Counted from the first letter of the stretch, positions 34,501 through 47,799 are shown. The stretch: 64,000 bases of DNA from Owenia fusiformis (GCA_903813345.2 CAIIXF020000001.1:22444001-22508000); one strand, 5' to 3'. Made by a program: numbers and translations. The notes: generated from the letters alone by a model not told the origin.

Positions 34501-37500
34501 ATTATGGGTCAATTTGTAGCAAGTTGAAAAATACCTTTTTGACCTTTTTAACCTTTTTTGACCTTGAGAAAACATGTAGACAATTTGGAAAAAAATTGAA
34601 GTCAGTCGAAACAGCATTTGTTAAGTTATTGAAAATTTTAAGAATTTGTTACAGACAGTGAGACACCAACTGCCGATCGGCAACCACCAACTGCCACCAC
34701 AAAAATAAAGACCATAACAAATGTCACCATTTCTTAGTGGTGACATAACAATCAAAATTCAATAAAATCCACGAAGAACAAGAGTATACAGGATGTAAAT
34801 ACTAACAGATATCAAAACAATTAACAACCTTATGAGAATAAGTGCAACTTACAAAGTGATATACCATGGTACATGTGAACTAGGAGTCCAGAGACCAGTC
34901 ATTTTTAGTGCCAGTAAAAAGAGCCTCATGTGTAATTATTATTACAATACTGTTTTAGCAGAATAAAATAAAATTATAAGAAAGACATTGACGCGCATTT
35001 TGAAAGAATGCTTCCTTCTTTTAAGTAATGTTACAAATTACTGTCTATAAAACAAATACACAACATGGCTCTGGGGCCTGGGGGCAGTGTATTAACAGAT
35101 ACCAGTTAGACAAAACAATAATCAAAACAATACCTTTCTTTTGCCTGGCTAGAGAAATGAAAAGAAACTACTTACAGAGATAGATACAAGCAGATGGAAA
35201 TATCTCACATTGCATAATAGTTTTAGTAAAAAGGGATTGAGAAGAGCAATGACAATACTGGAGATATTTGCTAACAAAACATCAAGAGAAAAGAACAAAA
35301 TTTTTGAAGGTTTCACCAGGAGATTTATAGAATGAAAATAAACGATTTTCATATGTATAGATGAAAATAAACGATTTCCATATGTATAACTGAGTGGATG
35401 ATTTAGAGATTTTTACATGTGAAAATCATATCTAATGGTCTTAAGGTAGACAAAGTAATTTAGTTAATATAATGGGCATTTTATGCCATCAACCAACTTG
35501 GTCCACCTTAATCATAACACAGGCATTAACACTACCTGCCATTTATTACACTTACCAAACTCCAAACACTTAACGCCAACATTTGAACACCAACCGCCAA
35601 ACATGTTCACAAAAAAGTCTTGAGACTAAAACAATATAATATAATATAACATAATGATACCAGGCAGGTAGTGTTTGTACGTATATGTCATTATTACCTT
35701 TGTTCCTTCTGTTCATACAGCACTGGTGGATCTCCAAGATAAGCTCACAGACGACATGGAAGATCACCCAAGCCACCATGATCCATGTAGCCCACCATGG
35801 CACAAACACCTTTGGGAAACCCATTCCAAGGAAAATTGTTGGAGCTGGAAGCAATTTTCATAAAAATAGAGGCTTTCTTTTAAATATTAAACCGCAACGA
35901 GCATTTTTTAGAAGAACTATTCAGCTAATAAGTCCTGACTGATTGACATATTTGTAGCGTCCTTAATGTTCAATGATATACATATCATTATGTTCCTTAT
36001 TTATGCCTGTAAAACGTACTATTCCAAGAAAACATCATTTATTAAATAAATAAAGTGACTGATAAATTTAATTCAAACATTAGACCCTAAACCAGCGTTA
36101 CCATGCATTACCAAAACACTCCCAACATGCCTACACGTATCTATATATACAGTAAAAGCTAGTCAGATGACTCAGTCAAATGTTGAATTCTGAACAGTTG
36201 TACATGTATTCAATGTAGACAGGTTTGACAGTACATAATTATTATATCCAATTCCAACTCACCAGACAACACATGGCCAACTGTACCTACTCCCCAATGA
36301 ACCCAGTTAAAAATTGGACGATTAGGCGTATCAGGATGAGGGCGGAATAATGCAAGTATAGGCTGAAACACATGCAAGCATTACACATACATTAAGGGGT
36401 TCAAGCTAAAGGTTCACAAACAATGGGTTCATAAGCTGAGCATGGTTGAATCTTATACACCTCTGGTATCCTGCAATGGAAGAAGCCCTTTATTAATAAA
36501 AATCTAAGGTTACCAATCTAAACATGCGCTTCAAATCCAATGTAATTTAACATCACCACATGCATACTGTAAATTGGGTTACTTTTGGTGCCTGATTAAT
36601 TTTGATAAAAGCAATTCGAAAAATTCACCATTTTAAATCTTCCCAAAATATGACATTGGTCCCTTGAAAGATTGTTGTTTTTGTAGCATATATACATAAA
36701 GAGAGACCGCCTTCTGGTACAACAATTTTAGGAAGTAATGTCCATTGCCATAACTGAGAAACAGCAAAACAGAACCAACTTGGCTCAGCCAAGAACAGGA
36801 ACAAGAAAGGATTGTAATGCCAGCATCAGCATTAAAATCATGAAAACATCATTGAAAACACGTTCTCACTCAATACATACGCAGAAAATTAGCTAAGCCT
36901 AAATCCTCTATTGAAAATATCAACAAGGCATCAACATGCAAAATGTCAACACCAGTTATTGAAAGCTCCAACCATCAAACACAAAAAAAGTTGGACACTA
37001 AAACAATATGGGTGGTGAAGGAAAAACTGAAAAATTCCTAAAATGAAATACAATAACATTTGATAGGCAAGACTACAAGTATTCATGAACCGAATGACGG
37101 ACAACCTGGACACCCATATTAAATAATAATAATAAAAAAATGACAGGATGATAAAGGTGACATATATACTATTTACTTCATGGACTGTGACTTTTGTGAC
37201 ATCCTGTAGAAAGCAACGATTTGAATAGAAAAGAATATTCAATGAATGCTACAGATGGCCTTAATTATTCAGTGCTCTGCATCCACCCGTCCGGCTCAGC
37301 GGTAGCACAGGTACCTCTTACGCAATAGGTACCGGATTCGATCCCCAGTTCTGGCAAGACTTAATTTGCTTGTTTGCGTAAAGTACTTCAGGGTGTTTGA
37401 CAGAGTGGTCCACAACTCGTACAAAACGCTGAGGTGTGTACTTGTATGTCTATGTATGGGTGCACATAAAATAACACAGGGCTCCTTTGAGGAGGGGTTT

Positions 37501-40500
37501 CTGGGTCTATCTTCCAGGCTAATTATGTTAATTATGACTGTATATATATATGGGATATACCCAAGAGGTATTGCTCACCTTTATTGGTGGTAAACATAAT
37601 ACAATACAATACAAATCACACTCAGGGACAAGCAAATGGGACACTCATCACAAGCAAATAAGTGAAAAAAAACATTGATCCAGAGAGATTCAGAGTGCCA
37701 CTTATTGAGCAATAGCTGAAGCTACAAAAGCTAGGGGAAATAGCAACAGACATAGCCTACTACTATAAAGGACCATGTCAAAGAAATCAACTTTGTTTCA
37801 AAATTAATTTTTAATAATTTCTAAAATTATATTTTAGACCAACTGACCAGCAAGTCACCAACTGACCAACAAGTCATATTTAGAATTTTTGTTTTCACTG
37901 CCACCTCCAAAAATCTCTTTTTAAATGATCCATTTTATTTCCTCAACAAATAAAACAAATAAGTTATGTTTTAAGGCCAATTTATTATACATAATGACCT
38001 TATCTCATGCTCTTAACACCTGTCAGGCCAAAGCTGTCAAATGTGAAACCCTGGAACCTTTTGAAAAGTGAACCAATTGGCAAAGTGAACCCATTGGCAA
38101 ATGCTGGCTATGGGCCTCCCTGTGGAACCAGTCAATAACCAAGGTTCAGAAAAGAAAGTTCACATAAAGTTTTGACAAATAGAGGTTTGAGGCCTATATC
38201 ATGTTTAACAGTAGCAGCATCGGCATCAATATAAATAAGACCCCTTCATAAGAATGTTCACATGCTATTGTTACTGGGTGATTAATTCTCCATGGACGAA
38301 AACACACTCAAGGGGTTCATCGTCGTTAAAACTATAATAAAAAGCAACTGACAGGTGTAACTGCTTGTGAATACAATGATCTCATTAAAAAGTGATATCT
38401 TTTGATTCGCAATTTGTGATCCAATGAACGATAATACCTCATAGAAGGCACTGACACTGAATTAACCCCTTTGCAAGTTTTACTCCATTAGGCCCTACAT
38501 ATTTCTTTGTCATTGGTTCAATCATGAACAAATGATTCTACACAATCAACCTTCATGCAGTTGTGCTATTCTACACCAAGGGTTATGGAGTTAGTTTAGA
38601 TTACAAAGTTTTGCTGTTCGAACTTTATGTCACTATAATCGGTCTTTTAATGAATTCTTATACCCATTAAAATATTCTTTTATCTTAATACTCCATGGAA
38701 GAAGGATAGCACATAGTGGATGATGTCTGCACCTCTGTTTTAAAAGGATGCAAACTTCATATCTCTAACTATTTTCTCATTGTATGAAAGTGTCTTACGA
38801 TGGTAGGCAAATATGTCACTTTGTGATCTAAACAAACCAAGCTCCCGGGTAAATATATCATGGACAAATTGTTCAAAAACAAAAGGGAAGCTAAACAGTA
38901 GATTGCTAGGCATGCAAGTATGTGGCGCCACCTATACTTGCACTTACTGGCCAGAAAATGGGCCACTGCACCAAAGAGCCAGTGAATCCAGTTGAAGATT
39001 GGGCGGTCAGGGTCGCCGGGGTGACAACGGAAGATAGAGATTATTGGCTGAAAATGGATCAGTTAATCAATGCTGAATAAACGGTTCAGAAATTGTTAGG
39101 CCTAAATAAATAATAAACGAAGGTACAATGCATTTTATAGTGATACAAAAAAATGTTGAATGCCATTAACATGATCTTATTTATCATATATTTAGACACA
39201 TATAGAAGTTACGAGACTAGTGTTTAAAGAAAAACAAGTTAAAAGTAAAAAACTTAAAAAGTAAAAAACTTCCTTATTTTAAGAAGTGACAATTATACTG
39301 TTCTTGGACTAATAACTAAAAATTCTCCTTTTGCTGTTCAGGAGAATGGGACTCTGAACAAGTCTACTTACGTTTAGTATACAAAGTACTGTAACAATAA
39401 TTCCAAGGATTGGATGGGCGTCCCACCAGGAATAACCTCTCCACTGAAACAACACAATTGAAGAATTAAGAGAGAAACGTAAAGACCCCCTCACATATGA
39501 ACGAATCCACCAAACGAAGTTTTGCGAAGTGATAAATGCGAACAGAAGCGCATCTTTGCGCACGGTTCTGAAGTTGTTCGATGCACAACGTACATATACT
39601 AATTGGGACAAATTTTACCCAGTTCCTATTCGCAAGAATGTGTTAAGTGGATTCGTTCATATGTGAGGGGGCTTAAGATAGATTTAAACCTAAAGTCAAA
39701 AACAAATAGACTATGATTCAGTATGCCACATATGAACGAAAATAACTGTCAGGTTTCATATTGATGTGCTAGAGTACCAACATACTTTACATATGGAAAT
39801 GACTAAATCTATAACTCACATAAAATTGGCCCGTTCTTTGAGAATCTCTTACTTTAATATGAACTTTTTTTTTAAATCATTTTATTTAGCCTAGGGTTTA
39901 CAGTTTACACTATTATATCCCCTAGGGGGAAATTTTATTTAACTTACTAAGCTGTAGCCACCAACTTCCACGAAGATAATTATGAAAGCGATAATAGTGA
40001 GAGCCAATGTAGTTATCATACAAGAGCGATGTATCTGGAAATGAAGAAAAATTACAGTATACAGAATGTTCAATAAGTACTTGGTCAAACATTAAATACT
40101 GTGAAAAAACGCTGTGAATTAAAGATATCAATAGAAGAGTATAACTGTAATAATAAGTCAGTTAACCAGCATCAGATACCAGGCAATAAGAACAACTTCT
40201 GCTTATTTACAACAATGCAAAATAAAATATTTTGCAAAACATGGAGACCGACAAGAAATCTAATTAATTATCTTGGCGAAGAATCTAATATTGTTCACAA
40301 ATGTGTCTCAAATTAAGATTTATTTGAAGCTTCATTTTGAAGGAAGTTGAATCAAACACCACCCGCTATGGCTCAGTGGCAGAGTCAAGGTTACCAATAT
40401 CGCTTGGCCCCGGGTTCGATTCCCGGTTCAGACAAGTTTGTTTGTGCGTTATGTAATTCTGGGTGTTTGACTGAGTGGTTCACGACTCGTATAAAAGGCT

Positions 40501-43500
40501 GTGGTGTGTACCTGTATGTCTGTGTACCTGTGCACACAAAAGAACACAGGGCTCCTCCAAGGAGGGGTTTCTGGCTCTATCTCCGAGTGTAAAATACGTA
40601 AAATACGGAATATACCAATGAGGTATTGCTCGCCAAATATGGCGGTAACCAAGATATAATAATAAAAACACCCCTGACTGAAAGCTGGCTACACCCCTTC
40701 CAAATATACTTGCGGAAAAGGTTCCTTAAGGATAGGTTCCTCGGTGAGAGGTATTCCCTTAGACAATTTGAACTGCATTCTATTTTACTGAAACAAAAAC
40801 ATAGAAAAATGTTTTTCTATTTGCCATTCTATGAGAATTGCTTACCTGAAACCAAACTCTCTCTCCACACGCTCTAGATTTGACCCACATAGGTTTGTAA
40901 TATCTCGCCAATATAATCCCAACACTGGCTGTTAGTACCCACGCTAAGGTCATCAAGCAACCTATAAACAAACAATTTGTATGATTAACATACAACCTAT
41001 AGGCTACAATATAAACTTGAAAATATGTTCATTTTTGCTTGTAAAGGAGAAGTGAAAGTATCGCAACAGATTTCAGACAGTGAAATATTGGATTTTGGCT
41101 ATTTTCTGAGGATTTAAACAGGTGCTTATGTTAGGACTATGCATTGCCTACAGAAAATATATTCATAGAGATGCAGTGATCTCCCCAGCATTAAAGCAAG
41201 TGGGCGCAACACTCATCTGAGATTTTTAAATAGGCTAGTACCCACCTGAAAATCCATTTGCACCCACTTGAAAATGAGAAGAAATTATGAAAATGGGCAT
41301 AATTTAACCAATTTTGGTCTGAATTGGAAAAATGAGAATTATGGCCCCACTTCAGAAAAAAACCTGTGGAGATCAGTTTGTAACATAAAAATCACAGTGG
41401 AGATCAGTGAGGTGAGAAAATATTTTCGACTTTGAGACAGGGAAGATGCAAATGACCCACCCACATGTTTTTTCTGAAATGTTTCCCTGATTTTCAACCC
41501 CTTCTACCTCTGCTTTTTCACCAATTTGTTGCACTAATATGTTGCATTTTGACACAAAACGAACCCCTTTAAAGGAAATGCGACACTTTCCCTCCTCTTT
41601 TAACTAGAGGACAATTTCTGATTTTGCAAAGCTGCATGTTGAAAATTAATGATTCACTTGTTGTTTCAGAACTCAATATTATATCTAAAAAAATCTAAAT
41701 CTTTTAGTAATTCAATAAACCAAGGGTATCTAAATCCTCCTATGGTATAACCAATTCCTTAAACATTATAATTACTTTTTAAAGTAATAATTAATAATAC
41801 TAGACTAGTGAAACACAAAATAAACACCCGACAAAACTTACCATGAACTTTCATCAGAGGATAGGTGGCTCTGCCGGTCAGTGATGGTTTACTACCACTA
41901 CCTGAGAAATCCACCATAGCAGGCGAAACAAGAGGAAATTGGCCATCAGTCATGACCTGATGTTTCTTGATGGCTCCAGTTGGTGCAGCAAAACCCTGGG
42001 CCACTAGTAGGTAGTACATTTTATCAAGGTTAAAGATTTGGTCCGCATCAATCATTTTCTTGCGATCAAACCTGCAGCTTATTCTTGAGCCACCAAGATA
42101 GCCACTTCCTCTAGTGAGTCCCGTGCTAGACTGGAATTAAGTGGCCCTCTAATTACTTATTTCATGAATATATGACAAAGGACATGTCTCAGTTTGGAGA
42201 ACAGTCTACTGGGCTAATAATTCTTTTGTGGAAAATGTAGAAATAACACCCAAATTAAATAATGAATATTCAAAGAGGACATTTAAATCTTCAAGATATA
42301 AAAATATCAAAATTGTCGGAAGTAGACGTAACGTGCAGTAGACCGATTCAATAAAATACAAGTCTCAATATGGAGGAAGAAGTTCATCAGTGTACTGCGC
42401 AAAGAGGTTTTTTATGAAAAATATAGAAATATCACCCAAATTAAATGGATATTCAAAAGAGGACATTTAAACCAACAATATGTAAAAATATCAAACTGTC
42501 CAAGCAGGCGTAACATGCAGTAGACTGATGAACTTCGTTCTCCAAATTGAGACTACAAGAGAGCTGCTCAAAATTAACAAGAAAAGTTCACATGTCATAT
42601 CTTTTGCATATAGTCAATATAATTGGGTGAAGTAGTTTCAGTTTTATATATAGGATCTGTACAGTTTACTTGAAGGTAGATACATTCTTTATATAGTTTA
42701 TCTTTTCCATAGTCATTTTTACTTAGTCTCTTCACTTCACATGACATCCAAGACTAATATTATCTTTTATGGCTAAATATTGAAAGGGAGTCCTATTTTA
42801 GCCATCAGTAAACATATTTGCTGACTCTAAAATTCCCTACATGAGTGTTTTTCGAACCAGAGATTTGTTCTTTTTCTCTCAACATTATGCACAATTCTGT
42901 TTTTTAATCAGTACTCTTTATTTCATAAAAATCATGAATAAATCTATAGTTAAATCACGGGGCAATCACCCAGAAAGGGCATTTCTACTGCCGCTTAAAG
43001 TGAATTTAAATTACAATATCTGTAATAATATACACAGATTGAAATCATTTGTTTATGTGGGCCATCATTTACTGCACCTAGCTAGTTTCTCAGAGAAATA
43101 TGAAAATGAATTTAAATGTGATCCAAACCCATATAGTGTTTATGTACATGCCAATCCATATAATCATCTACTTGGTTAAAAACCTCTAGGGTCACAATTA
43201 ATTATCTAAACCCAAAGAAATATATATACAGTATATATAACTTTTATTGACATCTTGTATCATTACATATTTACATTAGTCATAAATGTTTTACTTACAA
43301 CTCGTCCACTTCCCTTTCCTTCATTATAGTAGTTTTGTATGACAACAGTTCCCGTAATGTTAGAGTATGCACAGACAACAACACTGTCATCGCCCTGGAA
43401 ACATTCAAGTGAAATATAGTTGTGCAATGGCATTTTTTATGGCTTTTTTATTTAATTTAACGGAAAATGATGATTCAGATGAAAAAGTTTTCCAAACAAT

Positions 43501-46500
43501 GTCAGAGTGTATTCTGTATCTCACAGCATGAAAAATTCACCATCCTTGAAAAATGTAGTGAATTAAAAAGTTATTATCTGGAAGTTGAGCCAAACTGTTC
43601 ATTAATCAGACAAAAAAAACAATAATTAGCACAAGAATCAAAACAAGGCATTAACATGCAAAATCACCGACCACAAAAAAGTTGGAGACTGCAACAATAT
43701 GTCACTGGTTGCAGTGGTGATATAAAAATTGGATCTCATTCAGGAGAAAATGATTAAAGAACATACCATATGTTTATCCAGAGAGAACCCCAATGCAATA
43801 TATTCAGTATTGATGGAGCTCATCTCAAATGTGAAATAATCGCTATCTTGGCTACTCTCTTTCCACGTCACAAGGTATCTACAGCTGGCTTCATCACAGC
43901 CATCTGGGACACGATAACAACCTTTACCAGACCCACAGTCATTTACAGATATGGCAATGGGTGCAGCTGGCTGAAAAACAATAGAAAATCTATCAGATGA
44001 TTTTAAGCCCATACAAATGAGTCTCTGTATTTACATTTGAGGTATTTAACTTAATTTCCACTTGTGGTAAGATATTAGTTCGAACTCTTAGTTTTAGAGA
44101 AAAGGTAGTTAATGTCCTTATATGTCAATACCTTTTGCATTTGTTTTTATTTAATAATATATAGCTTCGTCTACATTGTATAAGAAAACCTCTAAACACT
44201 CCCAGCCAACCAGAACTTGTCACCAGAGGGATGATTTTGTATATAGCCTACCGTCATTTTGTCTGATGTCATTTTTGACTGATTGAGAAAATGTCAGCTC
44301 AATGGGTTTGAATTCCATTCTTTGCCATCCCCTCACATCCTGAATTTGTAAATCCTACCCCCAGGAAAACAGTCAACAAACTTATCCCTTCTAATCAATA
44401 CCCTGAATTTGTATATCCCCCTGCCCCCAGGAAAACAGTCAACAAACTTGTCTTCTAATCAACACCCTGATTTTGTATATCCCCCTGCCCCCCAAAAAAC
44501 AGTCAAAAAACATGTGTGCAAGTCAACACCCTGAATTTGTATATCCTCATGCCCACAGGAAAACAGTCAACAAACTTATGTCTTCTAATCAACACCCTGA
44601 ATTTATATATCCCCCTGTCCCCAGGAAAACAGTCAACAAACTTATGTCTTCTAATCAACACCTGAATTTATATATCCCCCTGCTGATGCAGCAACTGGCA
44701 AAGTTTATCTGGTCATTCTTGTAAATATATCATAAATGTAACTGTTACTTACAGAGGGTGGTGGAGGTGTGGTTGGTAAAGGTCCACCAGCGCCATCTAT
44801 CAGGTTAGCTGAAGGCTCCTGTACCCAAATTGTTGCGGTCTCTTTCACAAATGTACAACTAAAAATTCGAACAAAACATTACAGAAATGACCATATACAT
44901 ATGGAATTTATACTTAAAAATGTACTTCATAATCCATGATATATTTAATAACATACATAATTTGAATAAGAAAGAAATTAATTTTGACACTTTAAACTAG
45001 TTACACAATAAAGCCAAAAATGCAGCAAATGGAAATAAAAGGTGGTAAAATGAAATTGTTTAAACCATTTGTTATGATTTATGGAGCTCAACCAGGACCT
45101 AATCATAATTCACTTTGACTGTAAAGTGTAATGGCAAAACAGTAGCACAAATGAATTCACATGCATTTGTTCTACATCAGATTATCACAGCGATGATTAA
45201 GATAAGGTCAAAAACTGGTAGCAAATAAAAAAAAATTGTTAAACAATGAATGAGGAGAGAACAACATTCAGGAACCCCACCCCCACACACAAAACATGAA
45301 TCTACAAGGCATTAACACGCAAAATGTCACCACCTGGCATTTCTTACAGATGCCAAATGCTAAACCCCGAACACCAACTGACTTCAGAAAAAAGTTGGAG
45401 ACCATAACAAAATTGTCACCACTTGTGGTGGCGACATAAAAATTACTCTTATATTATAGCGTAAATAACACTTACTAGATTCTGACGTGAGCTGAACTGG
45501 GGTTTGGTGCCGTCCATTTTAGTGTTACACTTGTCTTAAGAGAATTTGAAGAGTGTGTCACACCGTTCTACAAAAAAGTACAAGAGTTTACTCTAATATG
45601 TTTATACATATTTGTTTTATCAAGGAATTTATAATTTATGATTTTTACTCTAAGTTAATGCATAAATCCAACCATTAAGCCCTTATTTGTCATTGTCCCG
45701 TTCAATCTGGAATGTGTCTTTGGCATCATTTTCAGAAAATATCTATTGGTTTGATAAAAGACAAGCGCAGAATTTCATCCGCATGTTTTCATTTAAGGCA
45801 CACTGTACTTCACAGCCAATAAAATGGTTCAAAATTTTTTTTTCTGACTTTAGAGTCGCTTTCATTGGTTAAAACCTTCTCTGATTGTTCTATTTTTGAA
45901 CTATGCATGAAGGTCCATTCAAAGTCGGCTATTGAACCTTAAAAAGCTATATTTACTAGACTGAGGATTGAAAGTTGTTCACGACAACTTTCAGCTCATC
46001 TTTATTGAGACGAACCAGAAGTGAATTTTTGTGTCGAGTAAATGGTGATAATGTTGTTTTTATGAAGCGAAGAAATCGAAACATTACAAATAGAAATCAT
46101 AGTAAGCATCTGAAGATCATTTAGAAGCATTTAAAATTGAATCTTCGGCAAAATTTGAAATTATTAAAATATTCCCACACCAACCTCAGAGAAAACACTT
46201 CCAGTTTTATAATCAATATTCTTATCGATCAAAAATTATTTTTATGAATTTTTTCGATATCCGATTGTTATTTTACAAAATAGGTAGGGTAAAGAATATG
46301 TCAAAGTCGTTTGATTTTGTCCCAGAAGCAATATATTGTTATTTTTATTGCCCAGAATGCCTTTAACTAAGCCGTGTCGTGGGTCACATGGTTTTACATA
46401 ATAGAACAATAAAAATTACATACAATTTTCAAAATTGTTTAAATATTGGCCCATTTTTCTTCACTGGGTCAGGTTTACTTACCCCCATAGCCCCCGAACA

Positions 46501-47610
46501 TTCTTGCTTAGCTCCTGCAGGTGCATCAAAAGATCCAACTGCTATTTCTTGGTTCATGCTAGCATCGAGATAACGTCCCTGGCACAGGTAACCCTTGAAC
46601 TGTTCTCCAGAGGAGCTAGCCAGGGTAACTACAAAAAAAGAGGGGGAAATATCTAAGGGACTTTAAAGGTAGAGACTCCATTTTTATGGCTCAATGTATG
46701 ACAAAATCTCCTGCCTTTTAGTATCGAGAACAAAAAATGCACTGAACTGATTGAAAATTTCCTGAAACATGTCGTAAAATGAAAATTAAAGTACTTTCCC
46801 CCAGAATTACTATTATGACTACAGTTGAATTTAGTTTATTAAGGACACCTAAAGGTGGGTCATTCCCAGGATTGGAAATATGACTATGGTTTTAGTTTAA
46901 ATCAAGGACTCCTTAAGGTGGGTCATTCCATGGTATTATGACTATGGTTTTAGTTTATCAAGGACTCCTTAAGATGGGTCATTCCCAGGATTGGAATTAT
47001 GACTATGGTTTTAGTTTAAATCAAGGACTCCTTAAGGTGGGTCATTCCCAGGAATTATGACTATGGTTTTAGTTTATCAAGGACTTCTTAAGGTGGGTCA
47101 TTCCCAGAAACTATCATGACTAAGGTTTTAGTTTATCAAGGACTCCTTAAGGTGGGTCATTCCCAGGAATGATGTCTATTGTTTTAGTTTATCAAGGACT
47201 CCTTAAGGTGGGTCATTCCATGGTATTATGACTATGGTTTTAGTTTACCAATGAGTCCTTAAGATGGGCCATTCCAGGAATTATGACAACGGTTTTAGTT
47301 TACCAAGGACTCTTTAAGGTGGGTCATTCCAAGGAATGATGCCTATTGTTTTAGTTCATCAAGGACTCCTTAAGGTGGGTCATTCCCAGTAGGTATATAT
47401 AACACTTTAAGACAAACCTGTGATTTCATCTCCAGATGTGAAGTTTGTTTTACTAAGCGTAATTTGGTACGGTGAAGGCATGGTCTGTGGGTTCACACCA
47501 TGATTCGGAAACATGCTGATGCATGCACCACTGGGAGCCCCAGTAGGATATCCAGATGTAAGAGACAGCAGGGTCAGGCAGAGGCCCACTGTCAACAACA
47601 GGCTTCTCAT
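31513..47610 (-). CDS. FRRS1: Ferric-chelate reductase 1 homolog (signal peptide-Reeler-DOMON-cytochrome b561), about 608 aa
   Basis: Exons 47610-47418, 46628-46483, 45567-45476, 44858-44753, 43970-43767, 43394-43299, 42130-41842, 40961-40846, 40034-39948, 39443-39372, [39047-38948 or 36362-36263], 35844-35698, 32323-32253, 31620-31513; all GT-AG, phases consistent, 1827 nt. Motifs: Reeler YPTGAPSGACISMFPNHG, FKGYLCQGR, VTHSS, WTAP; DOMON YIALGFSLDKHMGDDSVVVC; b561 heme His motifs KVHGCLM..AW, WFQIHR, AHPILG, FNWxHW. Confidence 0.95.
32613..33697 (+). mobile_element. Decayed Tc1/mariner-superfamily transposon (DD37D/maT-like) in the last FRRS1 introns
   Basis: Perfect 33-bp TIRs CAGGGTGTCCGGAAAGTAAAGATACAAATGCTC, TA TSDs; relic transposase motif PYSPDKVYLDFYLNDHLK at ~33136-33190 (cf. 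PxSPDLxPLDFxLWGxLK). Confidence 0.85.
34172..34751 (-). mobile_element. HINE family B copy with about 3 decayed cores
   Basis: Reverse complement of both ends and of the core of 9727-12278 (ATGTCACCACCTAGTTGCTC...GGTGACATAACAA). Confidence 0.85.
35134..35148 (-). CDS. Candidate 15-nt cassette microexon of FRRS1 (adds ARQKK)
   Basis: TTTCTTTTCATTTCTCTAG|CCAGGCAAAAGAAAG|GTATTG; phase 1-1, frame-preserving, no stop. Confidence 0.45.
36263..36362 (-). CDS. FRRS1: FRRS1 alternative exon 11B (PILALFRPHPDTPNRPIFNWVHWGVGTVGHVLS)
   Basis: TGTGTTTCAG acceptor, G|GTGAGT donor, 100 nt, phase 0-1. Confidence 0.88.
37285..37616 (+). mobile_element. tRNA-derived SINE (Nin/Deu-domain-like core)
   Basis: A box GGCTCAGCGG, B box GGATTCGATCCC, body homologous to 40361-40665, (AATAC)n tail. 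Confidence 0.8.
38948..39047 (-). CDS. FRRS1: FRRS1 alternative exon 11A (PIISIFRCHPGDPDRPIFNWIHWLFGAVAHFLA)
   Basis: CCATTTTCAG acceptor, A|GTAAGT donor, 100 nt, phase 0-1. Confidence 0.88.
39483..39673. mobile_element. PIF/Harbinger (Tourist-like) MITE
   Basis: TIR core CCCCCTCACATATGAACGAATCCAC and its perfect reverse complement; TAA on both flanks. Confidence 0.8.
40361..40665 (+). mobile_element. tRNA-derived SINE (Nin/Deu-domain-like core)
   Basis: A box TGGCTCAGTGG, B box GGTTCGATTCC, central AAAGGCTGTGGTGTGTACCTGTATGTCTGTG...GTGCACACAAAAGAAC, (TAA)n tail, TSD AAACACC (40354-40360, 40666-40672). The Nin/Deu assignment is from recalled similarity. Confidence 0.85.
42187..42553. repeat. 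Tandem pair of ~175-190 bp MITE-like units
   Basis: GTCTCAGTTTGGAGAAC (42187) and GTCTCAATATGGAGG...AAGTTCATCAGT (42362) vs terminal ACTGATGAACTTCGTTCTCCAAATTGAGAC; internal CACCCAAATTAAAT...GAGGACATTTAAA is duplicated. Confidence 0.55.
44338..44683. repeat. ~62-bp minisatellite, about 5.5 copies
   Basis: Unit CCCTGAATTTGTATATCCCCCTGCCCCCAGGAAAACAGTCAACAAACTTATGTCTTCTAATCAACA. Confidence 0.9.
45304..45442 (-). mobile_element. Core-less miniature HINE family B copy (similar relics at 43642-43728 and 36922-37026)
   Basis: ACAAGGCATTAACACGCAAAATGTCACCACC...GAGACCATAACAAAATTGTCACCACTTGTGGTGGCGACATAAAAA matches both ends of 9727-12278 with no satellite between. Confidence 0.75.
46812..47389. repeat. 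~56-63 bp minisatellite, 10 copies
   Basis: Unit ATTATGACTATGGTTTTAGTTTATCAAGGACTCCTTAAGGTGGGTCATTCCCAGGA; fills most of the first coding intron of FRRS1. Confidence 0.92.
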
Positions 47611-47799
47611 GGTCACCTAAAATATAGCATAACAATGAACAGTTTCATTTCAAGGTAAATTGTCAAATCAGAATTCATGTTTTATGTTTCTTGAGGAGCA
47701 AGAGTTTGGCGCTAATAGATCTCACATATCAAGAATATGCTCCAAAATAAAAATTCAATTACTTACATCAACAACTCTTGACAATTTTTTTAGGTTTAA

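Noticed and set aside
34853-34879. Possible 27-nt FRRS1 cassette exon (CCTAG acceptor, GTAAGT donor)
   Set aside because: Weak pyrimidine tract, and joining it to the next exon creates T+AG = stop; unsupported without RNA data.
40361-40435. tRNA genes at 40361 and 37285
   Set aside because: A and B boxes are present but I see no full cloverleaf; they continue into a shared SINE body and simple-repeat tail.
46812-47389. Regular repeat arrays (also 44338-44683, 17209-17303, 9890-12200) as CRISPR arrays
   Set aside because: Units are contiguous tandem copies with no unique spacers, there are no cas genes, and the context is eukaryotic introns.
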